64,000 nucleotides of DNA from Corallochytrium limacisporum Hawaii. Taxonomy: Eukaryota > Protista > Pluriformea. A program made the position numbers and the translations under genes. The notes beneath the pieces were generated by a model. That model saw nothing but the letters and a program-made list of their open reading frames with translations, made no database searches and had not been told where the DNA came from. Shown one piece after another: positions 31,688-42,115 of the stretch (its first letter is position 1; the number at the start of each line of letters is the position of its first letter). The stretch is taken from NCBI GenBank assembly GCA_002811645.1, contig PDIP01000043.1:191807-255806 (forward strand), written 5' to 3'.

Positions 31688-33475
31688 TTAGGCACCACTG
31701 AGTTGATGGATGAGAGTCTCCGGATCATCCTGTGGATAGAATTTGCGCAGTTGCGAGTTAGGGATATAAAAGTTCCGAACACGACGACTAAAGTATCGTC
31801 CAATGTCCTTGTGCGGTATGTCTTCAAAGGTTTCGCAGATCTCCAGGTTGTCTTCTGCAGCGTAGCGCATACTCCCATCCTCAACCAAGACGTGGTAAAA
31901 TGGCTGTTCTGTGCCACGTTCAAGGCTCCTTACACCCATACGAAAGATCCATTCATTGGACTGTTGGCAGCCAGGATCCCAGCTACGGATGACACACTTA
32001 TAGTTATACCGGCGATGCTTCATTACCATGCCCACACAGAATTTGACATACTCGTGCGCGCTGCCTGGGTCTCGCAACTTTTGCAGAAGGACCGCATTGC
32101 GCAAATTTGTCTCATGCTGCCTCCGATTGAGCTCCGCTTGAGTCTTGAAAGCTGAATGCAGCTGTCGCAGGAACTGCATAACGTCTGGTTCGGTTTCGGA
32201 GGACAATTGTTGGTCATCCCGGCCTTCAATATCTTCGAGAAGACTACCAATGAAACGAGCAGCTTCATTGCTACGATTGGGCTTGTATGCAAGGACTAGC
32301 TGGCCCTGTAGGCGCACCTCATCTACATTCTGCGGGGCCAACGCGATGATAAAGTTCAGACACTGATAGAGTTTATCCGGCTGCACGCTTATGATTTGAT
32401 ATATGCGCAGAAGATTTCTGAACATGCGACACACCACAGCAGGTCCTTCGGCTGCCCGGAACCACACAGATGCAAGACCTGGCATTGAAATCAAGAGCTC
32501 CGCTTCTCTGCGAGTCATCAGCTTGGCTTCTCGATAACAGTCAATATAGACGTAGTTGTCGTCGTCCCTTTCTTGGTCGTCACTCACTCTGTACCTGCAT
32601 AGAAATACTTGAGGGAAGTTAACGAACTCAACATCGATTCCACACCGACGTGCTACAGCTGCATAGATCGCACACAAAATGATTGGTAGACCTTGCTTAC
32701 GGGCCAGAACGATGTCGATGAAGGACCCATCAGCGTCATACGTACCACCTGTCTCCCGTCCGAAGCCGAGTTCGCTGACGTATGCATGGCCGAAAGACTC
32801 AATTGTTCTCCGAGGGTCCGTGGGATCCATAATGAATTGATTCTTCAGCGTCTCTGCAAGTTCGTCAAGCTGTTTTTGGACGCTCTGGGCCACAATATGG
32901 GGGTTGTTCCATCCGGCGACTAGAATGGCACCTCGCTCCACGATCTCAACTGCCATCCCCCTGGGCATCCTACGCAGGCATTTCATCTCCGCAAGTGTGC
33001 TCATATAGCTTACTTCGTTGAGAACTTGCCGATTATAGTAGTCCTCTGTGAGATCTCCCTCTTCATGGTTGATACTCCTTGGGATGTCGCTGAGATAACG
33101 GGTTAGTAGATAAGCCTCTAGTCGTGTCAATTGCCGGGTGCCTAGAACATCACTCAAAGGTACACAGTCCTCATCGAGTATAAAATCATCAGCTGCTAGC
33201 TTGTCCCTCAATCCCTTTGCTCGCTGCTTTGTAGACCCACGAAAAGCCGCAAGGTGGTGCCAGTCAGTAGCACCTGTTTGCCTGTCTCTGTACGAGTCAA
33301 TCTCAAAGTCTGGGATATGCTCAGCTTCATTGTAAACTGCTGCCTTCCATACCCCTGAATGATCAGTAACTTGCTTCCATTGTAAACATACCTCACGGCA
33401 TATGGCTACTGAGCTAACATCAAGAAATTTGAAGACTCTGACGAGTACGTCGTCGGGAAGAGCAGGAATTTCCAT
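31688..33475 (-). CDS. FBXO21: F-box protein FBXO21-like (F-box + transglutaminase-like + YccV/HspQ domain)
   Basis: LPDDVLVRVFKFL..VCLQW; SFIDIVLARKQGLPIILCAIYAAVARR, VNFP..FL; VGMVMKHRRYNYKCVI..WD, QPFYHVLVEDGSMRYAAEDNL. Confidence 0.9.
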   Translation of the reverse strand: MEIPALPDDVLVRVFKFLDVSSVAICREVCLQWKQVTDHSGVWKAAVYNEAEHIPDFEIDSYRDRQTGATDWHHLAAFRGSTKQRAKGLRDKLAADDFILDEDCVPLSDVLGTRQLTRLEAYLLTRYLSDIPRSINHEEGDLTEDYYNRQVLNEVSYMSTLAEMKCLRRMPRGMAVEIVERGAILVAGWNNPHIVAQSVQKQLDELAETLKNQFIMDPTDPRRTIESFGHAYVSELGFGRETGGTYDADGSFIDIVLARKQGLPIILCAIYAAVARRCGIDVEFVNFPQVFLCRYRVSDDQERDDDNYVYIDCYREAKLMTRREAELLISMPGLASVWFRAAEGPAVVCRMFRNLLRIYQIISVQPDKLYQCLNFIIALAPQNVDEVRLQGQLVLAYKPNRSNEAARFIGSLLEDIEGRDDQQLSSETEPDVMQFLRQLHSAFKTQAELNRRQHETNLRNAVLLQKLRDPGSAHEYVKFCVGMVMKHRRYNYKCVIRSWDPGCQQSNEWIFRMGVRSLERGTEQPFYHVLVEDGSMRYAAEDNLEICETFEDIPHKDIGRYFSRRVRNFYIPNSQLRKFYPQDDPETLIHQLSGA

Positions 33476-34012
33476 GAGTTTGGAACTCTTGTGGTCTTTT
33501 CTTGATCTATTCTTCTACATAATCAACATGCTGTGTCCTATCCTACACTCCTGAGCTATTCTCCTATGTACATCTTTCTCTTTTACAACACGACATCCAG
33601 CTATGGCACCACTCTCATACCATCACAAACCGGCAGCGTCAAAGGTCCGTTAGGACATGAGAATGTCACTTTGTCACCGGCTGATGGACCCCGCAGGAGG
33701 GGAAGTGTTGATCTGAGCAACATTGAGAAGCCGCCTTGAGCAGACAGGAAAAAATATATACCGGTGGTACTTTGTAAATCCCGGGAGGGGGGTCAATATA
33801 AACTGCCAAGGGATCTTTGCCCACAAATCGTCGAGGGAGCCGACCAGCCAAGCAGTCCGTACGCAATCACACGCTATTTGAGAGAGTCTGGTTTGAGACT
33901 CTATTCCTAGACCATTTCGGACTTGACATTGATCGTAGGACGCGCTACTAATTTGCACATATACATAAAGTATTAGTCAAATACACAGTAACCATGTCAC
34001 AAATCATTCATA

Positions 34013-34729
34013 ATGCCAAATGACCGCAGCAAGGAATGGGACTCGCTCGTACTGAACTGGTTCGATGATAACATTAGATATCTTCAGTGGTTTGCATATG
34101 GCTTGGGAGTCGTAGGCGTGGGAATTTTTGTTCGCAACTCTCCTGCTACACGGACCTACAACCATTCACAACTAGCGGAGGTCACGCTAGGCAAGTTACT
34201 CCGCCTCAGAGGATCGGCAGTCCAGTTCAAGCTATCCGGGAAGAGTGACACTGGGAATCTAACAGGAACAGAAACGATTACCTTTAAATTTCTTCATCAA
34301 CCACATTTGAAAGGCCGAAAAGCCACTTCGATTGACAAAGACGCGCTGATTCGGTGCCAACTGGCTGGTATCTCAGTGACCTGTGCAGGGCGTGATCGGC
34401 TTGCTGCGATAAGCCAGAAGGCCCTCATACTACATCCCATCAGGCTGGATGACAAGCAAAATGTGTTTTACTCAAGGCTCCTGGCACGAGAAGGGTGGGT
34501 GCCTTGGCGCCGAGATGTTGCGATACTGTTACTACGTGAAGGGCAGGCAATCCTGAAAGCCAGCAGTATCCGAGGCTTCAATCGGATTCAAATTCCTTTG
34601 TCCGCATATGAAAAAGCAGAGTTGTTAGCCGTAAAGAGATCTCGCGGTATCTGGGCATCAACTGCTGGCACCGTCAATACTATGGTTGACAGTCTGTGGG
34701 CACGAATGCAGTCGCTCTTTCGCCGATGA
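34013..34729 (+). CDS. C3orf33-like protein (N-terminal TM + staphylococcal-nuclease-like fold)
   Basis: WFDDNIRYLQ then TM segment; LRG, HQP, LAGI, LLREGQA, AELLAVKRSRGIW. Confidence 0.7.
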   Translation: MPNDRSKEWDSLVLNWFDDNIRYLQWFAYGLGVVGVGIFVRNSPATRTYNHSQLAEVTLGKLLRLRGSAVQFKLSGKSDTGNLTGTETITFKFLHQPHLKGRKATSIDKDALIRCQLAGISVTCAGRDRLAAISQKALILHPIRLDDKQNVFYSRLLAREGWVPWRRDVAILLLREGQAILKASSIRGFNRIQIPLSAYEKAELLAVKRSRGIWASTAGTVNTMVDSLWARMQSLFRR

Positions 34730-34926
34730 TCAGTTTCATTTGTCCCCATCGACACGGAGTCTAAAAATAAACCGCGTCACGGTCTTAGGGGAGGGGTCAC
34801 CATTGCACCTCTATGCGCACGCTATCGCGTTTCTGATAAACCCGGGTGCCCTATCGCACGTGTATTTCAAGTACCTATTCTGTACTCATGTATCAGAGGA
34901 TTAGTTTGAATTAAAAACCAAATTTA

Positions 34927-36249
34927 ATGAATACATGGTTGACCATGAATCTGACTTTGGATACATACGACGTAACACCGGAAGGGATAGATAGCACCGG
35001 TGCTGACACATCAGAAAGCTTTCCTATCCCAAGGGACGTGGAATGGGTCCAGTCATTAGAGACATCTGGTACACGAGTGCATCTGTATGAGAGTCGAGCT
35101 AGACATATTGCTGAAGACCGAGACAAATACATTGGCCAGGATTTTTGGACATGGAGGCCCATGCTGTGCGTCGGAATGGCGTTCTACCAGTTGGATGAGT
35201 CCAAAGCGAGCCACGAATGGTTGACAGGATGGTCTGCAGGCGCAGCCGTATTCTTTGGTGACAACAGTGAAGGACACAGGCATTGCAGTCACGGAGGTGC
35301 CATGGCTGCATTGTGCGAAACTATGGCACGCAACTGTGCGATGTTCCTGGATCCATCCTTGGGCAGGTGTCGCACTGACCAGATCACCCTACGATATCAG
35401 AAACCTGGTCCCATGTATTGCCCACTGCTGGTACGAGCACGGGTCATTGAAAATTCAACAGGGAGGAGTGGCAGGTATTTTGAAGTGGAAGAACTGCACC
35501 CTGAAGAGGGAGGCGAGGTAGTTCTTAAGGCAAAGATTTTAGTGACTCCGGAGATGGATCCCCCACTGCGGACTCAGGATGAGGCTCGACCACTGGCATC
35601 CATCCCGCCAGGAGGGGATCCTCAACAATTGGCTCTTAGTCTTGTTCCGGAGGCCAGCATTGCTGTTCAATTGCAGGCAAGTGATTTGCGCTATGAACGA
35701 GTTGATATGGACTCATGGATGGCACAAAGAGCGGCATCCGGGTTTCTGACTGGGTTCTACCCTCAGCACTGGAAGCGCATGGTACTCCTTCGATATCAAG
35801 TTTCTGATATGTCACTGACTCACACAGGAGATGAGAGCAATGTTGGCTTTGATAATAAGGCGTACATCCCAATGCTTGTTACGGACGTAGTGTTCACGGA
35901 GCTTGCAGAAGGATCTCCAGGTTGTGCCCATCATGCTGCTGCCTTCACAGTATTGGACACCGTATTAAGTGGAGTCGGTGCCTGCCTGAACGAGGTTGTC
36001 ATGACCGGAGAGCTTTCAGTTACATATAATCGTGAAAGAGAATTGCCCATTGGAAAATGGCTTCGCGTCGAAGCCATGCTGCGAAACCGCAGTGGCCGAA
36101 AGTTCACTATCATTGGCCAACTGGTTGACCCACAATCACGGACTCTTTATGCTGAGGCTGAAGGGCTGTGGATCTCACCACGCTTTGCACACAAACTTGA
36201 GATGGCAGGTAAACCATCGGAACTGCAAGACCCACACTCACACATGTAA
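34927..36249 (+). CDS. Tandem hot-dog-fold acyl-CoA thioesterase (THEM4/PaaI-like)
   Basis: Two motifs EGHRHCSHGGAMAALCE and EGSPGCAHHAAAFTVLD, each followed by T..(L/I)...Y..P and GR(K) strands. Confidence 0.75.
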   Translation: MNTWLTMNLTLDTYDVTPEGIDSTGADTSESFPIPRDVEWVQSLETSGTRVHLYESRARHIAEDRDKYIGQDFWTWRPMLCVGMAFYQLDESKASHEWLTGWSAGAAVFFGDNSEGHRHCSHGGAMAALCETMARNCAMFLDPSLGRCRTDQITLRYQKPGPMYCPLLVRARVIENSTGRSGRYFEVEELHPEEGGEVVLKAKILVTPEMDPPLRTQDEARPLASIPPGGDPQQLALSLVPEASIAVQLQASDLRYERVDMDSWMAQRAASGFLTGFYPQHWKRMVLLRYQVSDMSLTHTGDESNVGFDNKAYIPMLVTDVVFTELAEGSPGCAHHAAAFTVLDTVLSGVGACLNEVVMTGELSVTYNRERELPIGKWLRVEAMLRNRSGRKFTIIGQLVDPQSRTLYAEAEGLWISPRFAHKLEMAGKPSELQDPHSHM

Positions 36250-36583
36250 TACGTAGAATAGCCTATGAAGTGTAGATAATACTACTGGTTCACACCGGTT
36301 CGGTCGGGGCCCATTTTTGAGATCGAAGAATTGGCGGGAAAAGTACCCCAATTGAGACCTTTGCGGGGCCCACGCATGAGACCATTCCCCCCCTCCCTTT
36401 AACCGTCCTAACCGTCTGCCAATAAGGTTGTCCTGAGCTTTCGCTTCATGCAGACTGGTAGATCAGGAACTTAATTCAATAGTGTAGAACTAGGAAATAA
36501 TTCTGTGTAACATGAATAGATCATAGTATTCGAAAAGAACATGCGATAGTTGTAAATATGTGGTTTTCACAAGGGGAAACAGG

Positions 36584-39500
36584 ATGACCACGTTAGTGGG
36601 GTCAGGTTCACGAGGTGGAACTCAGTTGCTCTTTGATGTACCTAGGTCTCAAGATGGTTTGGGAACTGCATTGCTACGATTTCTTGAAGAATTAGAACGG
36701 TTGGACAGTGCACGAAGGCAGCGGGCGTTCTGGCTGCTTCCGAATGCCACACAGGAGCCTTGGCGAATACAGATCGTGCCCCAGGATGAGTTCGAACAGG
36801 ATATGCATTACTTGGTAGCCCGTTCGCAATCAGGTGTTCGCTGTGGTCTGTATTTGTGTGGACACTTAGAGAAAGCTGGTAGTAATGTATGCCACTGTGT
36901 TGCAACACCCTTCCTGGCATCTCTGGTGGCCAGAAATGTTGCCTTTGTAGAAGATCCCCGAGCCCCAAATCGTGTGACTCTTGTCGCAGACGACTGGTAC
37001 TGGGACAAATCCACGCAAAATTGCTCTTCGTTCGGGAAGATTTGCTGGTGCAAGAAGTGTGGAGCTAGTAATGAAAGGGCGTACTTGGGGCTGATCTTAA
37101 GCTTATCTGAACGAAACAAAACAGGTAGTGGACGAGGACACGTATTTCTCGTGGAAGTCCTGCTTGTTCACCGGGCCAAACGGGGCAAACAGGCAGTCAC
37201 TACTCTTGTTGTATTGGGAAAGGAAGCCCTCACACTACAAAGTCTTCTGCGGCCGGGACACTTAATAATGTGGAATCTGGCCGCTGTTGTGAAATCTAAG
37301 GGTAATCGAATTACTCTGAGTGTTCCCGGCAAACCTGGAGCGAAAATCATTAGGATATCCAAGTGCTGCGTCGAAAGTAGTATCTGCGCTAAGCACCTAC
37401 TAGGCAATGCTCAGCAAGCAACTGACACCATAGACCAAATGTTTCAAAGGGCGATGAACTGGTGCCATGGATTGATAAGCTATCAGGGGGTTGTATGTGC
37501 GCTGAAGGAAAGTCAATTTACAGGGATATCGAAGTTCGTTCTTGACCACGATGTATCACTTTACCACCGTAGAATGGACACTCAGCTGGGGCTGCCAGCA
37601 TTATTACCCAAATCAACTGTAACTGTTTTCAACGCACATCAGCTGATATCTGGTGGGCAATTCGAGGGATTAGGTCTATGCTCGAAAAGTTCTGTGCACA
37701 TTGACACGATTGGAGGCTGCAATCAATCGGCGCTTAACTGGCAAGGCTTAGCGCCATGGGCATCCACAGGAAAACGCCTTGCGGTTGAAAACTCCACTCT
37801 AGTGCTTTCACAGCTGGACTTTGTACACAGATGGATGGCAAGGACACTACCAAAGGAAATCACTTCAGGTCTGAAGAACACAACCATTTTAGAATCTGCT
37901 GCTGAGGCTCTTTTCAGGAATCAGGAGATTGATCGCGAGGGAATCGACATGTTTTTGAACCATGATCAGACTTGTCCCGAGGTGCAACTTGCTGATACGA
38001 GTGAGGAGGACATCTACGATAACGGTGCGGTAGGAATGAGATCCAGAGACCTTGCGACCATCCGGGACTTGATTGATTGGGCTTCCTATGGATCTTTGCG
38101 CTATACCGCTTTTCCGCGAAAGCATCTCATTGCATATCTCTTTGCGATTGATGGTGATGTTCTGTTGAAAGATCAGACGGGATACATACATGCACGATTC
38201 ATTGGCGATGACTGGAAATTGCCTGAGATTGGTGCCATCATCGTAGTGAAACAGATTTCAGTGACTACTGCGTCAGTACGCTCCCTGAGAGCTACACATC
38301 ATGACCCAGTACAAATAGAACGAAGACTGTGCTTGGATATCAACTTTGAATACGTGTCCGTTCTCGCTAGGACCAAACGCATTTCGACTGTGAAAGGGCC
38401 CAAGCTGGGCAAAGACATCGACATTGCAAAGTTGAAGTGTAGATTAGTCAGGTCGACTATCGGCTTCGTGCTGCCAGGGCGTCGCTATCATGTTGGGCGT
38501 GCGTCCGGAATTCTATGCCATGTCTTGTACGTCGTAGGAGAGAATCGGAACAAGGGAATGATTCTTCTGATGGACACAGCACAAGCAATATGGCCCTACT
38601 TGACGACAGAACGGGACTTCATTATCAAAGGGAGACACTCTGTCCTGGACAGCAACCCTTTATTTGTTGTTGTTCATGATGCAACTGGGTTTGAACTAGA
38701 AGATCAAGACTTCAGTGAAACGATTAGTCCAGTGTCCGTTAAGCCTCCTGACGTAGTACGCAAAGCCAAGGCTACCAGCAGGATGGTCGGAGGAGTGGGG
38801 ACAGTATACCACATCGAAGCGGGTCCTGGACCACTTGGATGTCATGTCTATTTGAAGCGAGTAGATGCTGACATGGGTCAATGCAAACTTCTTTTCCGTG
38901 AACTCCCATTCTCTGGGGATATCGTGTTCCGGAAGGGGTGGCGAGTAGCTTTCAATGACTTTGTTGTTGATGCTGAGAATTCGAATTTCCCAATATGCTT
39001 GGTGGAAACCCCCATCTCAAGTCTCTCTCTTCTGAGTCCGTTAGATCCCACGCAAGGTTCCCAAGCTATCTACAATAGTCAGGTGACTCCTGTAGTCCAG
39101 CGGGAGATGACCAACCTGTACGAAGCTGTCAATCTGACCATGTCTATGGGCGAGAAACTATCGCATAGCGCTATAATCGGAGCGTTCATCGCCGAAGTCA
39201 CCTATATTGAAATTTTCCTTCGATGTGAAGTGTGTGATAAGCGGGTAGTGGACACAATGACGAGACCAAGCGTACGCTCCAAATGCAATTGCTTACAATC
39301 CATGCAGGTTTCGGTACCTGAGCTCCGTGGGCGCGTTGTCCTTGACGACGGCACGATGATGATCCCTGCCATGGCTCAAGGCCGGGTGCTTGACAAGATA
39401 TTGAATCTCCCTAGTGATCTGGACGACTTCATACACAACATGAAGGAAAGCCGGTCTGCATTTGTGCACCACACATTCAAGACAGGGGAAAGGGGCACAC

Positions 39501-39751
39501 GGACAGACAATGAGACGTTAGCTCGTCTGGAGGCGTGCCTGACAGGACCCCGCGTACGTCGCGAACATTACATGCAGGTTATGCTCAGCAAGCTCTCCCT
39601 GACAGCCGATGGCGCTGGTCCAATCATGGATGCGAGATCCAGTCTCACATTTGACATCCTACCCTATCAAGTGCCGCCCGTGGAGATCAGTATTCAAGGC
39701 TTGTTGATATCCGACATTGGCCACGACTTTGCGAACATGGATATTTCGTAA
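36584..39751 (+). CDS. CTC1: CST complex subunit CTC1-like (multi-OB-fold)
   Basis: SYQGVV..FVLD..L..LLPKSTVTVFNAH..LGLCSKSSV; GDVLLKDQTGYI; C-terminal CxxC..CxC and VVLDDGT OB fold; first ATG 36584. Confidence 0.7.
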   Translation: MTTLVGSGSRGGTQLLFDVPRSQDGLGTALLRFLEELERLDSARRQRAFWLLPNATQEPWRIQIVPQDEFEQDMHYLVARSQSGVRCGLYLCGHLEKAGSNVCHCVATPFLASLVARNVAFVEDPRAPNRVTLVADDWYWDKSTQNCSSFGKICWCKKCGASNERAYLGLILSLSERNKTGSGRGHVFLVEVLLVHRAKRGKQAVTTLVVLGKEALTLQSLLRPGHLIMWNLAAVVKSKGNRITLSVPGKPGAKIIRISKCCVESSICAKHLLGNAQQATDTIDQMFQRAMNWCHGLISYQGVVCALKESQFTGISKFVLDHDVSLYHRRMDTQLGLPALLPKSTVTVFNAHQLISGGQFEGLGLCSKSSVHIDTIGGCNQSALNWQGLAPWASTGKRLAVENSTLVLSQLDFVHRWMARTLPKEITSGLKNTTILESAAEALFRNQEIDREGIDMFLNHDQTCPEVQLADTSEEDIYDNGAVGMRSRDLATIRDLIDWASYGSLRYTAFPRKHLIAYLFAIDGDVLLKDQTGYIHARFIGDDWKLPEIGAIIVVKQISVTTASVRSLRATHHDPVQIERRLCLDINFEYVSVLARTKRISTVKGPKLGKDIDIAKLKCRLVRSTIGFVLPGRRYHVGRASGILCHVLYVVGENRNKGMILLMDTAQAIWPYLTTERDFIIKGRHSVLDSNPLFVVVHDATGFELEDQDFSETISPVSVKPPDVVRKAKATSRMVGGVGTVYHIEAGPGPLGCHVYLKRVDADMGQCKLLFRELPFSGDIVFRKGWRVAFNDFVVDAENSNFPICLVETPISSLSLLSPLDPTQGSQAIYNSQVTPVVQREMTNLYEAVNLTMSMGEKLSHSAIIGAFIAEVTYIEIFLRCEVCDKRVVDTMTRPSVRSKCNCLQSMQVSVPELRGRVVLDDGTMMIPAMAQGRVLDKILNLPSDLDDFIHNMKESRSAFVHHTFKTGERGTRTDNETLARLEACLTGPRVRREHYMQVMLSKLSLTADGAGPIMDARSSLTFDILPYQVPPVEISIQGLLISDIGHDFANMDIS

Positions 39752-39881
39752 CATTAAAAACATATAATGCACAAAGAAGTATAAAAGATTTGGCATTCTG
39801 ATGACTGCTATATGGTACGTGTACCGGAAATAGAATGCAAAGCTCTACAAGCTCCACATGACAACTTGATCCCTTGTGTGT

Positions 39882-40904
39882 TTACGACTCTGGTGCCTCC
39901 AGGGCTTTGATCTGCTTGATGAGGTACTGCTTCTCGTCGTTAAACTGCTCATCCTCCGAACGGTCTTCGTGGAATTTGCTGAGGAACTCGATCAACTTCG
40001 TCCTGTTCTTGAGTAAGATGTCCATGATAGGCTTTGGTTTGTTGGGATTTGCGACAAATACTTTGAAGACATGGAATGCCTCGAATTGTATGTTCCGGCT
40101 CTTGTCCCTGAGCAGATTCATCATGAGTTTCAAATTATCCGGGTTCGAAATGTACTTTGTCATGATGTTGAAGTTCTGGCGATCCAGGAGCAGTTCTCCC
40201 AAAAGTTTCAAGCTCTGTCGCCGCGTGACATAGTTCTCGCTCGCCAGCAGATGGGTCAATTTCTCAAAGAATCTATCGTAGTTCTCTTCTAAGAAGGTGG
40301 CCACCATTCCCTTATGCTTTGTCAACAGGTCCTTGAAGGTAGCAAATGCGTCCGAGGCCACATCAAAAGTGGGCAACTCAACATAATCGAACAGATTGTA
40401 GAAGTCCTCTGACCGCAGAATGACTCCGGCCAAGCTTTCGTTGCGGATGCATTCCCTTAGCATCAGACCACAGTTCAAAGCAATTTCCGGGTTTTCGTAC
40501 CCCTTGAGGAGATCAAACAAGAGATCTTGCTTGGAGTAGAGCTTTTCGACCGTTGGACTTCTGCTACCAGTCTGTCTGCGAAGCAAATTGGAGAAAATCT
40601 GAGCGAAATCTTTCTTTGCCTCAAAGTCCAGACGGTCTAAGTTATGGATTAAAGACTCCAATAACCCATGGTAGAATTCCTGAGCCAATTGTGCCACTAC
40701 CATGTCGGTGTTGTTGGGCTGCTCTCCATCACCGTACAGAATCTGCTTTATCGCAAACAAGGACTTTGTGATATCTTCGTTGGCCTTCTCCACAGCCTTG
40801 TCATTTGAACCCTTTTCCTTCTTTTCAAGGATGGCCAAAGCTTCCCTGGTGGTCTTCGCAATATCCTGCGGAGACTTGTTCTTCGACTTGAACAGGAAAG
40901 ACAT
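39882..40904 (-). CDS. CAB39: MO25/CAB39 kinase scaffold
   Basis: [80 protein letters not shown]. Confidence 0.98.
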   Translation of the reverse strand: MSFLFKSKNKSPQDIAKTTREALAILEKKEKGSNDKAVEKANEDITKSLFAIKQILYGDGEQPNNTDMVVAQLAQEFYHGLLESLIHNLDRLDFEAKKDFAQIFSNLLRRQTGSRSPTVEKLYSKQDLLFDLLKGYENPEIALNCGLMLRECIRNESLAGVILRSEDFYNLFDYVELPTFDVASDAFATFKDLLTKHKGMVATFLEENYDRFFEKLTHLLASENYVTRRQSLKLLGELLLDRQNFNIMTKYISNPDNLKLMMNLLRDKSRNIQFEAFHVFKVFVANPNKPKPIMDILLKNRTKLIEFLSKFHEDRSEDEQFNDEKQYLIKQIKALEAPES

Positions 40905-42115
40905 GGTTGGATGTCAAGTGCTGTAGGTGCACCAGGAACTAAACCTAGTGTGTTAGTGTTTGACTTAGTGAATACCCTCAACCTAGACCGTTCTATCCCC
41001 TTTACTTAAAGGATACCCATTCTCTGGCCACAACTGATAATGCTACGCTGCCCGAAGTCAGTTGAAGTAGCCCAATAATTCGGCTCCATTAAACCAGTGT
41101 TCACGTCAGCCACCTCTGTCCTGTGGTTCACTTGTCAGACCTAGATTGTTTAAATATCAGTAGATATTTCAGTGAACACTCCCAGTTGTCCACAAGACTT
41201 TCATGTGTGTCTATTCCACAGTCGATCACGTCGGAAAATGATGCACTGTGCTGCAACCGCCCAGCACACACGATGGCAGGGGCGCCGCCGACAGCCATTT
41301 CTCAGTCTGAAAACCCAAACGATGCCAACAACAGCAGAACCCAGAATGGAGCCGATTTTTTTTTTAATTTTGCTATACGCCACCAGGAATTAGAGAGGCC
41401 CATAAGGACGTGGTAGTAAAAGAGAAAGCATCGGACACAAAGTCAAAACCGATCGCTGGACCGGCACACGAGTATGGTGAAACAGTGAGCAAGAATACCC
41501 CACGATACCCAACGGACCACAAGCGTCAGGACCTGCATAAACAGTGCAGGAAAAAGGAGATGAGAACTTTTTTTTCTTTCCCTGTCTCCTTTATTTTTCC
41601 TTTGTTTTCCCTTTTCATCGGCATGGTTCCCGACGAATGTACTGGGTAAAACATTACCTGGACTTTGTGTCACATTTCTCACTTCCACTTCGTGACCCGC
41701 CACCCTCCATCTCTTCCGGGGCTTTCCAAATTGTACCGCTTGAACTGGGCCCGTGGAGTCCGAACAGTCTGAACGAGGCCTGGTGATTGGTTGAATCAAC
41801 TATATTTGATTCACATTATCCTTGTGCTGACAAGTTTGGTTCTTTTTGTATCGATTCTGAAGAAGTGGCTTGAAATATATTGCACACCGCTTGCCCGATA
41901 CTGAGATCCGTGCATGGTATGACCTTGCGTGCTGCAAGGAACGGGCATAACCCGACAAACTCCGAGGTATTTGAATGTATTGTATGGCTTCATCCTGAGG
42001 GTTCCCAGAACAGATGGACTCATTCGGCATGGTTCCCAATAAGGGCCTGTCGCTTCTCTAACGATTGTTGACCTATACAATATTAAAGAAGACCGAGTTC
42101 TGCGATTTGGAAAGG

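Noticed and set aside
12453-33475. DCN1, CUL4 and FBXO21 as a cullin gene cluster
   Set aside because: Interspersed with unrelated genes, and F-box proteins use CUL1; probably chance
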